A DNA stretch of 58,980 bases, filler included, from Sphacelaria rigidula (taxonomy: Eukaryota), in the NCBI GenBank assembly GCA_964200075.2. It is 10 parts of 10 records of this genome, joined end to end, with 100 filler letters (N's around TTAATTAATTAA, not from the genome) between each part and the next. Parts side by side here need not be neighbours in the genome. Positions count along the whole stretch, not along the records: positions 35,449 to 41,256 come from CAXNAA020024304.1; positions 41,357 to 47,164 come from CAXNAA020024305.1; positions 47,265 to 53,072 come from CAXNAA020024306.1; 7 more parts are not named here. The stretch is one strand, 5' to 3'. Every line of letters starts with the position of its first letter. Positions within the stretch are counted from its first letter, which is position 1. A model generated the notes under the pieces. The model saw only the letters and a list, made by a program, of their open reading frames with translations. It did not search any database and was not told the origin of the DNA. The position numbers and the translations under genes are program-made. Positions 36,614 to 50,248 of the stretch are shown here, piece by piece.

Positions 36614-37459
36614 CGAGCTGGGCAAGCCTAGATGCGGATTTGAAGTTTGCAGGCCCATGCTCCCGCCAAAAGTTCGAGTTGGACCCTGATATTTGGTATG
36701 GACAATTAATAGGGCGTGAAAAAGAGTATCACATCGGCACCAAAAGTTTTTTATTATTTTATTTATGAGTTAAGGGCATTTTACTGATACCTGAAAAATG
36801 ATTATTGCCCTTTACTCGTCAAGAAATGAAAAATATATATTGGCGTCGATATAATTTTTTTCCATGCCTTATGCATTGCTCATACCAAATTTCAAGGTCC
36901 AATCCTAAATATTAGCGGGAGCATGGATCTTCGAAAAGCCGGGTCGGTAGGAATTCGGAACAGTATTTCGCAGGCCACTCACTGGACAATGTTTGATTTT
37001 CGTGTATTGAAGTTTTGGGTGGGCGCTTTCTAAGCGCATAAATAAGAAAACACAGTAGGTCAGGTTGCTTTTTTCCATTTTTTCCACTGGTTTAGGGCGT
37101 TCTACTATGGTAAAGACCACTTTACGCATTAACCTCTACAAAACAAAAGAATGAAGGCCCATTTTGTTTTTTATTCGGCACTCTTTTTGGTTCTCCACAC
37201 CAAAAATCGTCGCCATCCGCTAAATGCATCGATCAGGAGTTTCAGAGAGATTCTAGTATTGGCGCTATCTCCCTTAGGTATAGGAAATACTAGACATCGG
37301 GTGTCATCAACGAGAAAATATGGGCCAAACTTTTGAGTAGACGGGCACCTTGCCCTTGATTAGACGATTGATACGATATGCGGATCACGGCCCGACTCGT
37401 CTGTGTCGATAAGATATTGCTTTCAGAGCTTACATCCGTTTTTAGGCTGGCCCAGCTCG
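36614..37459 (+). mobile_element. Mariner-like MITE, family B, 846 bp
   Basis: TA|CGAGCTGGGCAAGCCTA...TAGGCTGGCCCAGCTCG|TA. Confidence 0.85.
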
Positions 37460-37582
37460 TACAGCAGCAGTGTCGGCGGTTGGGCTCGGGATTGAGTCAG
37501 TCATATATCCCGCAACGTTTGCGGTTGACCGCCTTACGATATCCTCCGACCTCCTCTAGCACGCCACTCAGGCCGCTTCTTA

Positions 37583-38155
37583 CGAGCTCGGCCAGCCTAG
37601 AGGCGGATTTGAAGTTTGCAGGCCCATGCTCTCGCCAATATTTAGAGTTGGACCCTGAAACTTGGTATTTACAATGAAAACGGCATGAAAAAAATGATCG
37701 CGGTACCATTTTTTTTTTCTCATGAGTTGAGGGCATTTTACTGATACCTAAAAACTGATTATTGCCCTGGACTGTTAGAAAATATTTTTTTGGCACCGAG
37801 GTATTTTTTTTCATGACCCATTCGTTCGTTGTGCATACCAATTTTCAGGATCCGACTCCAAATATTGGCGGGAGCATGGGCCTTCAAAAGCTGGGTCGGT
37901 CGAAACTCGGAACAGTATTCCGAAGGCCTATCACCGGCCGACGTTTGGTTTTCGTGTGTTCAAATGTTGCGTGGGCGCTCTCCAAGGCAAAATCAACAGA
38001 ACGAAGCAGGTCAGTTTTTTTTTTCACAGGTTTAGGGCGTTTTAGTATGGTGAAGACCATTTCTCCACGAGAACAACCTAACCTCTACGAAAAAACTTGA
38101 AAAATGAAGGCCCACTTGTTTTTTTATTCGCAACACTTTTGTGGTTCTCCGTGCC
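37583..38155 (+). mobile_element. Second, 3'-diverged or truncated copy of MITE family B
   Basis: TA|CGAGCTCGGCCAGCCTAGAGGCGGATTTGAAGTTTGCAGGCCCATGCT is collinear with 36614-37200; no right TIR seen. Confidence 0.8.
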
Positions 38156-40576
38156 AAGTATCAAATCACAATTCTAAAAATTGAGCCAAAACATCGAGAG
38201 AAGGCCCAAGAGCAACGTTCGTTTCTCCCCAAAACTCCACTAGAAACACGAAAAAAAATGCAAAAATGAAGGTAGAAAGCTCTTTTAAATGTTTCCCATG
38301 CCTGAAGTCATCGGGACAGAGCGGGCAAGGAGCAGAGGCAGATATTTTACGAAGCCCGCAAAGCCCACCAGACTTTTCGAATCCCTCCACAGATATTTTT
38401 ACGAACCCCATCTAAGGGGGAAGGTGATGTGTTTGGGGAGCGCCTTATTCCCTTGACTCGGGACGAAACAGCCAACACCCCATGAAAGATTCAACTGTGT
38501 GTAGAGAGCACTGCGTGCCGACAATATTTTCAGCAAATCAGGCACTTCCAGCGGAGATCAAACCGTCTCCACAATGGCCTGAAGACGCCACAGTGCAGCG
38601 ACACCTACAACACACAAAACAGACCATGAGTGTGTTTGTGCTACAGCACAGTCATACCGCGCATCCCCCATTCGACAGCCCTTGCCCTGAATTTAGGTGG
38701 GTCCTCGATGTTTGCCCAGCGGCGATTTTCAAACGCTCGGCCATGATCCCGACTGCCGCGAAAATATTGTATTTCACTTTGAGTTACCCCTATCTGTGGG
38801 AGGTGAGCAACTTTTTCAGGGTTCCTTCAGACTTTTCAAGGCCCCTCCAGCGGGTGTGCATCCAGCACCCGGATCAAGGCTGGTTCCTACTCACCTCCGT
38901 GAACTCCTCTGCATTCGCATCCGCTCGCTGTGACATTCCACCTTGAGGGAACGACTGTGAGGTGTAATATAAGTGGGGTGATATATATATATATATATGT
39001 AGGGAAAGGCGGGGTGGGTGATGTGCGGTTATCATGCTTTTTTCGTCTCGCGGAAGCACCTGCACTTAAGGTATCTTCAAGCTCTACTTTTCAGGGGCGA
39101 TGTGCAGGTACGCCACGGAACGAGCGGGTGTACCCGAGTTCGCCAGTACGTTGTTTGTGTTTGCAAACGGGAAGGTCGCAGCAAGATACGGGGCGTGACA
39201 TACACGACAACACGGACGAGACAAGCTGTTGTTGCAACTGTCTCGTGCATACTGTTGCCTTCAGTCCTCATCATGAGGAACATTGCCGAGGAACCTTGGT
39301 GATTCAACCTGCCCAAATACAATCCATGCACGTAGGACGGTGTTGAAACAACATTTGCGCCGCCAAGTGAACACAACAAAACTATAGATTTGAATTCGAA
39401 CTTGCATTGTCCATCCGTGATGAGTGTTTTGGCGTGTATATGCCCCCACGTCTGTGCAAATCATCAAGGGAGTTTCGATCGATGTTGTACATATGCCCGT
39501 ATGCCTGTGACCAGTACTCGATAGCGCAACCTCAGATTTTTGTGCGCATCGTAGTACCGGCTTGCGCTGGTGATCGCTTCGACTCACGACTGGTGTTCGC
39601 CCCTCTGTCGCCAGTACCCCCTTCGCCACTCTCCTTTCCATCCACGTCACGAACAACAGCAGGCTTCACCCGCCACCACGCCCTTGACTGAAGCCGGCTG
39701 GCCCCTGCCCTCGCGCGTCTCGCGGAACACTCCACCCCTTGAGGCGATCGACAACGTACCCGACAGAAAGTCCGAAGATAGTACGAAAAGAGAAAACGTC
39801 GGAGCAGTTACGACTGCAGAGAAGTTTACGAAGGTGGGTCAAAACGTAAAAAGACTGGCTCAAAACCCTTGGGTAGTTGGTAGCTATAGTTGAACCGAAT
39901 GTTGACAGAGGACACGCCAATCATATTGCATGGTACACAATAATCACCGTCCGCACATGCGTGCCGATGCGCCTATTTCGACACTGCATATCTCAGGAAT
40001 GGCGGCGGCTGTCGGGAGAGGCAAGATTCCGACCGCGAGCGAACGAGGCAGATTACGAATAAGGTGAAGGTGATGGGATCTATCGTATCTCCGTTCTCCA
40101 TGAAATGTGCACGCCAAAACTCATCGTCACCCGCTGAATGTATCGATCGGAGGTTTCGCATAGATTTTTGTCATGTGACGAGGATTTGTAATCTTCCCAT
40201 CCCAAACTGGCGGGGGTCGGCAAGCACAAACTTTTGCGAACAATGTTTTGTGCCGCGGCCAATCTCGACCCTCGGAGCCAAGCGAATCTGAAAAGCAGAC
40301 TAGGCTCCTCTCTGTGGGGTGATGCAACGTGTCGGAGACGTACGTGTGTTGGCGGTTTTCTTGGCTTGGGGGTCAAAAGGTGGGTCAAACGTCCCAGAAG
40401 CGAACAGTCCGTGGGCCAAAAGTCTGCTTACATTGTACAGATATACCCTGAGGGTATAGGTGGATCCTTATTTCCTCCGTGACCTTTTATCACGACCGAT
40501 CCCGCGTTGTTGTTTTCAATTCGGGAGCCCACATTTTTTAATCAGCTGCCCGTTACCGATGTCTTCAAACAAAGTA

Positions 40577-40692
40577 AAGCCTTCACGCGTAGTACCGGAG
40601 TGCAGGCAGTAGTACACAGCAGTAACACACACAGTAAACAAACTGAAGCCTTCACGTCTAGTACCGTAGTGCAGGTAGTAGTCAACAGTCAT
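40577..40692. repeat. Tandem duplication, period about 70 bp
   Basis: aagccttcacg(cg/tc)tagtaccg(g/t)agtgcagg(c/t)agtagt occurs twice. Confidence 0.8.
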
Positions 40693-41189
40693 ATCCTCCG
40701 CACCTGCATGCACTACCATGGACGTGCATCTGCATGTGACCTCGAACCCCACAGTGAAGACGGTATAATACTGTACTGTATTGGCAAAGCAGAGCTGCCT
40801 GCTGTGCTCGCGAGTACAGCCCGTGCTCGTAACCTGGCAGAGTACAGCCTGTACTCGGACATGGAGTAGTACAATATAGCAAGTACAGGCTACAGCTGTG
40901 CCGTGTGTTTGCGAAGCATAGCCTATACTTGTGATGTCGTACTGTTCGCAGAATCCACGGCCTGTATTGTGAATACTCTTGCCTACTGCAACACCCTGGC
41001 ACTGCATTGTACTACTGAAAACGTTTTTGTGAGATTAAGAGTAGAGCGCTGATTGAGAGTGACTTTGATGATTCGCTGTAACTCCGCCAATTTTTCATTC
41101 CGCGTGTGCTTTTCTTCGCATCCATCGTGTGCTTACAGCTACACGTCAATATCCTAGTCAGGGATATCAAGGACCTCAGTGGCAAGCTA

Positions 41190-41256
41190 TTAGTAACAGC
41201 CGATCCTAATTTTTTGGGTTGAAACATAAAATGAGGTTGAAGTCCCATTTCTCCAT
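41190..41256. repeat. Young high-identity repeat end at a contig break; also at 52983-53072
   Basis: tagtaacagccgatcctaattttt.gggttgaaacataaa.tgaggttgaagtcccatttctccat is almost identical at the ends of contigs 7 and 9. Confidence 0.85.
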
Positions 41257-41356
41257 NNNNNNNNNNNNNNNNNNNNNNNNNNNNNNNNNNNNNNNNNNNN
41301 TTAATTAATTAANNNNNNNNNNNNNNNNNNNNNNNNNNNNNNNNNNNNNNNNNNNN

Positions 41357-41534
41357 ACGAGAAGCTGGGAATTCCCGCGCTTGGGTTCGTTCTAGCTCAT
41401 GTCGCTAATATTAGGCGCTTCATGCAGCCTGAACCCGAACATCAGACGCTGTATAGCCATTCTTTTCGTGACACTTTTAGCTGGTTGTTGGGGGGGGCTA
41501 TCGTAGAAAGTGTCGGGCTATCGTAGAAAGTGTC
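41357..41534 (+). mobile_element. Truncated copy of the 219-bp MITE family with a duplicated right TIR
   Basis: Matches 57670-57828; gggctatcgtagaaagtgtc occurs twice in tandem. Confidence 0.8.
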
Positions 41535-43038
41535 TTTTTCGCAGTCTCGAGGTCGTACATCCGGTCCGCTACTCACTTCGGAAATCAGTACGGTGGTTCG
41601 TAATTGTTGTAGGGTTATTGCTGGCGAATTATCGCGTTGATGTGCTCGGCAGGAGTTTATCCTTCCGTTTGTATGCACACCCTCTCGCTTTTCTCGTCTG
41701 AACGGGCATATATCTAAGAGCGGACCGCATCGGCCCCTCTTTCTGTATACTTGCCGCGGTTCACCACGAACGCATCGGATTACCCGCCTTGGATTTATCT
41801 CCTACGGTTGTGTGTTGTTCGTTGACGCTTTGTGGGACGATACGGGCACCTTTTCAATTCGATAGGCTGCCCTTCATCGTCACGTTGGTGCATCATGTTG
41901 CCTCGCGGCTGCATGTTGATTTTGGTTTCCGGTGTCTTTCGCTCAGCGATTTCGTTTTCCCGCTTGAGCATTCAACACCGTCGCATTCTACTGATGAACG
42001 AAGTGTACGATCGTTTGTGCTTCCCCGGTACAGTGAAACGCCTTGGCGGGCTGCTTAACAAACTCTGACAGCGGAACTGGACGTCTATTGAGACATGATT
42101 TCCTCTTCGCATGGTAGCAGTCAGGCTTTATATCAAGGTTTTGTAGCGGATGGACTACCGGCTTGTTTTTTCGCTGCTTCACTTTATTCTTATTTTTTTT
42201 GGCAGATTTGTCCTGGATTCCCGGATATTCCATAGCTTCTGGCGCTATTTTTCCGAGGATTGTCGATTCTTGCGTTTTTCACACCCTTCGGAACTTTTTT
42301 TCTTCTCCATATATCGTGTCGCCCTCCAAGTGCCCGTCACAGTACTCCCCCCTTGACGTGTCTCACATTTTCTTTTTATTATGGTATCTTGTTTTGCTTT
42401 TTTTCATTTTTTTTGTGGTGTGGGGAAATGGAATGTGTGGGTAAAGCAACCTCGTGTCACTGCGTTCTCCTGCGATTGCTTTACCCATTGGAGGCTAGTG
42501 TGATATGATGTGACTGCAGGACGTAGCCATGATCTTGGGCAAATGTGACATTGAATGATGGACATTTTCATATTCAAATAACGGAGAATTCGCTGCCCCT
42601 TGAGGTTGACGTTCTGCAGAGAGCATGTTTTTGAATTCGAAAAAAAGTAGTGACCCAACCATGGCATGAATTGAGGAACACGGCTTTTGGATTTTATGGT
42701 ATGACTTCTGTTTATGTTGATTTAGGGGGCGGCGAAACACGTTTGAAATAGAAGCCCCTACGAGCCCCACTCTCTTTTCATTCCCGGTTTCGGCTGCGAC
42801 CCAACAGTTCCCCATTGGAGTATCTGCAAACCGCGAGAAAGTGAGTCCCAGAGATGAGAGCAGTAGTCGGGCTGCTGTTTTGTGTTTTATTGATTTCGGT
42901 TTCGGCTCGTTTCGATTTGTGTTGTATCTCCCTGTTCTGTAGATGAAGTTGGATACAATCAATTGCGTGATAAAAGTGCTATTCTGGTTGGTATTATTTG
43001 CTTGTTGTCTCCTTGTGTGAAAGCAACACGAGAGCGAC

Positions 43039-43340
43039 TAACAGTGTTTTCGTGAAATTGAGAGTAGAGGATACGATTGAGAGTGAAAAGCGGTCACATA
43101 GTAAATGAATCGTTTCAGTTCCGAAATGCCCCCCCACGGGACCCAATATGCTTTCTGTAGTAGCTTGCCACTGAGGCCCTTAATACCCTTGAGTAGGATA
43201 TCGACGTGTAGCTGTGGGCTCGCGCAAGTGATGGAGGCAAAGAAAAGCACGCACGGAATGAAAAATTGGCTATGTTAGAGCGAGTGATCGAAACCACTCT
43301 CAATCAGCGCGCTACTCTCAATCTCACGAAAACGTTGTTG
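43039..43340. mobile_element. MITE with imperfect TIRs of about 30 bp; a related end lies at about 15555-15585
   Basis: aacagtgttttcgtgaaattgagagtag / ctactctcaatctcacgaaaacgttgtt. Confidence 0.65.
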
Positions 43341-43699
43341 ACGGTGGCCAGCCTGCGCTGCTGAGCCGAGTAAGCAAACAGCGTACACAGAGGTCTGAAC
43401 CTGGAACAATCGTGGTGAACACCATTACACCCTTCAGAAGGTGCCTCCACCCTTTTCACATCACAGTTGGAGCGCCCACACGGATTGTGAAGAATAAAGT
43501 AGCGTTGACAACTGTTGGGACAGTAAAACCGCTACGTCCTGCATGTATGTCTCATGGTGCCGGACAAACCCCGGCTGTGCCGTCCAAATTGCAGTCCGAT
43601 CAGGACTGTTTCTCCCCTGTTTCTCATAGCTCCAAACACTTTTTGCAAACATCCACATCCACTTCCTTTCCTAGGCGTCGTCCATCCCTGACTGTCTAC

Positions 43700-46600
43700 G
43701 AAATCCAACTTTCGTCTGCTGCATCACACGCCCTGCAAAACCCCCCGTGCCACGACCGCCCTTCGAAAAACACATTCGTTCCGGAGGATCAATCTCGAGT
43801 CTATTTTAGTACCATTGTCCAACAACACAAGAGCGATGTGGCTGCAGATCACTTGTCGGAATACGGACCAGACTTGGTAAGTGGAACTGCACTCATGGAT
43901 GACGCCTCCTTCACAACCCGAATAGGTATACATAGTGGAGTGCATGCAACACGCCCTTTGATGCCCGTTGCCCTGCCCGACACTGGCTCGCCACAAGGTT
44001 TTATCATAGCCAGCGGCTTGCAACACATGATGAACGCTGGAGCAGCAGACAAACATTGCCTTCCTACTGTTCCGCCTCGTGGTTTTGGCGGGTTTGGTGC
44101 CTCCACTCCCCTTACGGTTGATCAATCAGTACGACTCAGTGTGCAATTCTTCGATGACACGGGTCCCACTGCACGATTAGCTGTGTGGGCACCTATTGTG
44201 CCCGATGGTTCCATGTCGGTTGATGTTCTCTTGGGACGTGATAGCTGGCTACGTTTTCCCACACATACAAACACGACAAGCTCACCTGTTTTAAACCGAC
44301 CACTGACAGGCAGATTGAAATTGGGATATCACGACGCGGATCCAGGGGCTCAGGCCTATGTCGATGACCCAACACAAACAGGTGATGCTTTTCGACTGTA
44401 TTATGTTGGAGACCACGTCGTCTCTCTGTCCCGTGAACCTCAACACATCCATGTGAATCTTGTGAGACGGAACGGATCCCCCGCCCTCACTGGACAGTAC
44501 TTGGTCGACTTAACCAATCCCAACCAAACCGCAGACAGTATTCCCCCCTTTGATCAGACCGATGTATTTGTCCATGAGGGTCGGCAATCCATTCCCCTCA
44601 CGTCCTCTGCATGTCTCGTTGTCCTCCCTGGTCAGTTGTTGGGTTTTGCTCAAGCGCCCCTCCTACGAGCAGCCTTGTCGAATGTATGTCTGAAGGTGCC
44701 ACCGCAAACATCATCAGACAGCTCAGAGACAAACGGTCCCACTTTGTTCGACAAGACTGACCCCATGGTTGTAGACGAATCGACTGATACGCTTGACACA
44801 AACCCTCCGACTACCTTACTAGATACATTTTCGCCAGAGCAACGTGTTAGTTTTCAACGATTATGGGATGAAATTCCCCCCCATTAGAGACACATTGCAT
44901 TTGATTTATCTGGTGAGGGTTGGATACCTATGGTGATTGATCGGTCGCGCTCCATCTTGATACGATACTCTGAACGGTTTTCCAAATCGCCAACAAATTT
45001 AGGCCGCTGCAACACTATACCGTTCCAAATCAACATTCCTGATGGTACGACACCTATCGCCATGTGTCCGTACCGTACCAACCCTCTTCTAGCGGGTAAA
45101 ATTCAAGTAATTCTCGACGAATACTTGTCCGCCGGGTTGATACGGCACTCAACGTCTCCGTGGGCCTCGCCTTTGGTAGTCGTCCGGAAGAAGAATGGAA
45201 AGATCCGACTGACCGTCAATTATTAACGATTGAACGCAGTCACCAAAATCGCGCGTCTAACTCTTCCCCGGACAGATGAAATCATCGACTCCCTCGGCGG
45301 GGGCAAAGTTTTTTCGAACTTCGACATGCAGTCCGGTCACCACCAGCTGGTGATGGATCCGCACTCTATCGAGCTCACGGCGTTTTGCACCCCGTCAGGT
45401 CTATATGAATGGCTGTTCACTCCACAAGGTGCCGCCGGCGCCCCAGGAGCGTTTCAACGTGTGATGTTCTGCGTCATTGATGGGCTGTCCAAATGCCGCA
45501 TGTACCTCGACGATGCGGTGGTTCACGGCAGTACACCTGCTGAGCACGTCGAACATTTGCCGCCCTTCTTTGCTCCTTTTGAACAACGCAATTTGAAGCT
45601 CGCCCAATCTAAATCCCGTATTGGAGCCACGCGCATCGAGTTCCTAGGCCATTGTATCAGCCTTGAAGGTCGTAGCCCCAACCTCGACAAAGTTGCCGCA
45701 CTTAGAGAGGTGCCCATGCCACGCGATGTCTCTCAACTGCGCTCTTTACTCGGTGGTTTGAGTTACTAACGTCAATATCTGCCAAATTTAGCCCAAGCTC
45801 TAAAACCTCTCACCACCCTCCTCAAGAAGGGGCGAAATTCGTGTTCACGTCAGCAATGGAAAAAATTGTACGAGAGCAGCTCGACACGTTGTCAAAGCCG
45901 CCAATTCTGTTTTTTCCAGACTGGTCAGCTGCTGAAAATCGCCCGCATCCGTTCCGACTGCACACGGATTCTTCGAAAATTGGGTTCGGCTGCACACTGG
46001 AACAGGAACAAGACGATGCTAGTGTTCGCCCCATTGTATATCTGAGCCGAACCACCTACCCAAACGAACAGAACTGGTCCGTTATGGAACAAGAAGCAGG
46101 TGCAATTGTTTGGGAAGTGCGCCGGCTCCGGCAATATCTGTATGACCTCCCGTTTGTGATTTATACGGATCATAAATCTTCGGAAAACCTCGCCGAAATG
46201 GCGGAACACAACGCCCGGGTTCAACGCTGGTTTGAAATCCTGTCTTCCTACAGCTTCACGTTGAAGTACCGCACAGGTCCCCAAAACGCAAACGCCGACT
46301 TCCTGTCACGCTTGCCCTTACCAGCCCAACCCATCGACAACTCCGCCTTGGGTCGCATCACAGACCCAACCTAAGACATTGTATATTTCATAAGCATATA
46401 TGGTCATCGCGGACTCTATACACCACTCTCACTGAACCACAACTCCGTACTTCTTGAAAATAAGCTGACGCCTTCGGCTCACGCTTCTGTACTGGGCAGT
46501 TTGGCCCCACGATCGTTGTGTTCAGTTAGGAGTGAAATTCGTGCAACTACCTACGGGTACGATCAATTTGGTGCGTCTGGTCATCGGATGGTTTGCACTG

Positions 46601-47164
46601 TAGAGCCGGTTTCTACTGACTGCGTCCTCCCGGTTCAAGTCCGAGACCCCATCTCGAGCCGGACCCGAGGACGCCGGGCCGCGGAAACGGCTGCCGCCCT
46701 GGCAGCAGCCGGCCCAGACCTCCCAATCCCCAACCCCATTCCAGTCCCCGATAGCCTCCTTGCGCCCCCGTTACCTCCACGGCGCAAGCCCCCCCGAAAA
46801 TCGATACCTTCCAAACCACCTCTGCCCACCATAGTCGAGACCTCGACTGTGCCTCCTTCACCCCGTGATGGTACCACCTCCGATACCACACCATCCGACA
46901 CCCTCCACAACGTAGGAATAGAGATGAACGTTCCGTTTGAGAGTACACTGACCACCCCCTCTGACCTCGATCCAAATAACGCCTCGTGTCCATGTCACAG
47001 CGATTCGATCCCCTGCGTTTTGGACAACCCCTCCGACAGTGTATTCAAGGAACTGACCCTCTTTTCTCACGCCGCTTGGGCCCGGGAACAGCAGAGCATT
47101 GCTACGGTAGGGGTGCACTTTTTTCGCGAAATTTTGTCTGGTTCAGGGGCTCCTCACGCTTCTA
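43700..47164 (+). mobile_element. Decayed Ty3/Gypsy LTR retrotransposon pol (protease, RT, RNase H; integrase beyond the contig end or lost)
   Basis: ALPDTGS protease site, VDVLLGRD, PYR...SPWASPLVVVRKKNGKIRLTVNY, PQG, MYLDD, IEFLGH, FRLHTDSS..GFGCTLEQ, NANADFLSR in PR-RT-RH order; stops at 44885, 45224, 45767 and 46372 and a frameshift near 45830. The 5' boundary is approximate. Confidence 0.95.
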
Positions 47165-47264
47165 NNNNNNNNNNNNNNNNNNNNNNNNNNNNNNNNNNNN
47201 NNNNNNNNTTAATTAATTAANNNNNNNNNNNNNNNNNNNNNNNNNNNNNNNNNNNNNNNNNNNN

Positions 47265-49186
47265 GAGAAGCAACGACAGAGAGGAAGCTCCTCGCCCGTG
47301 TCCCTTGTGTGTCCTCGCTCGGCGATTACCAAACTCTCGAGAGACTGGCATCACCGATGTTACCAGCATGTGCCCAATTTTCCATGTGTCGAAACATCGA
47401 GCTGCGGAGATATTTCCTCTCTTCTTACAATTGCCTGTCGAGCTCACGAATGCGAAGATGGATATCTCTCTGCCTCTCCTTTTGGACAGGACGCGCCTCT
47501 GTGCGCTGAAAAACATGTCGTTGGAAAACGGGGCAATGTTCCCGTCACCGCTACTACTCTTCTCTGTCACGCACATGCCAGCAAGGGCGGTGGTGCGGTC
47601 ATAGCAAAAGATTCAATTTGAAGTTGGGGGGGTGTTATTCATCATTGATTTTACCCACGTCTGACCCTTTGGGTGCCCGACGAGAAGAGCCTGCCACACG
47701 CCAGTTGAAGGGGGTATATGAGAGATCAAACACTTGTCGAGACCTTTTTGACAAGCGGAGTGAAAAAGGATACCTATGGTGGTGACCTAACTGTTGCTAG
47801 TATGGCGCATAGGAGTCCGTTCATGCTGCAATCTGGAGCACACGCTGGTCGCGTGAACACCTTGGTACAGTACCAGTAGCTTTCCAAAATTATTCCGATG
47901 TGACGAGATCGTGCATTACAAGCTGGGACGAGAGTGCGATCAATCGTGAGACCCACGCCATCAACCGCCGACAGCAAAGGTATTGTGGCTTCCACGCAAC
48001 GCTGTCGGTAGTACGGCAGCCAAACCCGATCATAGCTAGCTTTCGTTGCTCTACCGTACCTACTCCCGACCGAAGTTCGCAACAGGTATGAAGGCTAAAC
48101 AGTTGATTTTCCTCAACTACATCCTCCCAATTCAAATGACTCTCAAGACCTGAGGGAGGACGGCTTCCCCGTCCCCCCGCCAGGCATGAAAGAAGGACGG
48201 CAGAGTTTTTGGGACTGCGTGTAACGCCCACGGGGGAACACAGAGTTTCTAGTGTATGACAATCCCCGTTTTCCTACCTGCAAACAGTTTTATGCCCGTT
48301 ACTTTCTAATATGAACGTTAAACTGCCGATTTTTGATCGGTAATGGTCTGACTGGTGGATACCAATGCCGGCAAAGTCTGATAGTGCTTTTCTACAGTAT
48401 CTTCGAACCTTTGAACGGACCCAAAGCGGACACTTTTCCTCGGGTAACAAGAGTCATTTCAATCATGTGGACGTAGTTCGAAAAAGACGAACTCTTTTGT
48501 TTCCACAGGGTTTCCGAATTTGAGTACATAATAATATGCTGTTACCATGTGTGACCTCTCACTGACGCTCTGAAGATGCGAGTCAGTAGAGTAGAGCAAC
48601 ACAAGCTCCAGATTGCAGCTGACGCACCCTTTTGCACCACGCTAGCAACAGTTAGGTGACCACCATAGGTATCGTTTTTCACTCAGCATGTCAAGAAGGT
48701 CTCGACAAGTGTTTCATCTCACACACACACACACACCACAACTGGCCTGTGGCAAGCTCCAGGGGTCGGGCGCCTGGATGGTCAGATATCTCAGTGTAAA
48801 ATCAACGATGAATAAGACCCCCTAATTTTAAATTGGATCACCCGTTATTTTTGCCCCAGCGCACGGTCCTTTCTGGCATGTGTGTGACAGAGAAGAGTAG
48901 TAGTAGCGGTGACGGGAACATTGCTATGCTTTTTCAGCGCACAGAGGCGCATCCTGTCCAGAAAGAGAGGCAGAGATAAATCGATCTTCGCATTGGTGAG
49001 CTCCAGAGATAAGAAGAGACGAAATCTCTCCGCAGCTCAATGTTCTTTGGTGATATCTACCGGCACATGAGAAATTCCGTACGTGCTGGTAACATCCATG
49101 ATGCTAATCTGTCGAGCGATTGGTAATTGCCCAGCGAGGGCACATGAAGGACACGGGCGAGGAGCTTCCTCTCTGCCGTTGCTTCT
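47265..49186. repeat. Large inverted repeat (foldback): arms 47265-47838 and 48603-49186
   Basis: Multiple collinear reverse-complement blocks, e.g. gagaagcaacgacagagaggaagctcctcgcccgtgtcc / ggacacgggcgaggagcttcctctctgccgttgcttctc and aaacacttgtcgagacctt / aaggtctcgacaagtgttt. Confidence 0.93.
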
Positions 49187-49652
49187 CTCTCTGGTGATGG
49201 TCATCGACACGCGTGTACACCGCAGCCGCTCAGTGCATTAAGCCACAATTGATTCTCTGCTCCAGAGTTTTGGGGGGAAATATGGTTTCGCTCTGTGTTA
49301 CTGTTTCGCTTCATCCCTGCAAAAAAGATATGCTACTTGAACCTCATTTTTGAGAAGCACCCCATTTTTTAGGATCCGCTCTTAAGTGGCGGGCGACCCG
49401 CCGGACGCCGCATCCTGTTAAAAGCTCTCTAGGGCGACACATAATGCTTGCTACACCAGATGTACATTACCTAATAATGCGCACCCTGCACCTGAAAATG
49501 GATCGGATGACACTTTCGGTCTTTCTCATAACCCTGCGGCTACATACGCGGATGTTCAGCCTCGTGCCACTGTTTCGTGCAGACACCAGACACATCATTC
49601 CTAACCAGCTCTAATGATTGGTCGTTCTGGAAGGCCGGTCCCAAAGGGATTA

Positions 49653-49992
49653 ATTTTTTCCACAAAGAGCAATGACTCGAGTGCTCGCCCTATTAACGTT
49701 TTTTCTACAACGAGCAATGACTCGAGTGTTGACCCCATCATTTTGTTTCCACGATTAGCAATGGCTCAAATGCTTGCCCTATTAACGTTTTTCCCCAACG
49801 AGCAATGACTCGAGTGTTCACCCTAATTGTTTTTTTCCACAACGAGCAATGACTCGAGTGCTTGCCCTATTGGTTTGTTTCCACAACGAGCAATGACTCG
49901 AGTGCTCGCCGTATTAATTTCTTTCCACAACGAGCAATGACACGAGTGCGCACCCTATTAGTTTGTTTCCACAACGAGCAGCCCAACGAGTG
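49653..49992. repeat. Minisatellite, period about 44 bp, 8 copies
   Basis: Consensus ttttttccacaacgagcaatgactcgagtgctcgccctattaa. Confidence 0.92.
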
Positions 49993-50248
49993 CGAATGCC
50001 GCGAGTCACACTCATGCCCGTCCGACGTGTGCAGGTGTTGTAGTACAGTAATATGATTCTCCACTTTATTTTTGTTTATTATGACCTAGCGAAGTCCCGC
50101 ACAAAGTTTCGAAACGCAAGTACCAAACCTGGGCCAGCAAGTGGCCAGAAATTCCTGTCCCGATTTTCGTCCGGCCCGGTTTTGATATCGCCCCGCCTCA
50201 CCTCAATTTTGAGAGCTGGAGTTTTAAATTTGGAACGGAGAATGCATA

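Noticed and set aside
49653..49992. CRISPR-like array
   Set aside because: The linkers are short and related to one another, there are no cas genes, and the context is eukaryotic.
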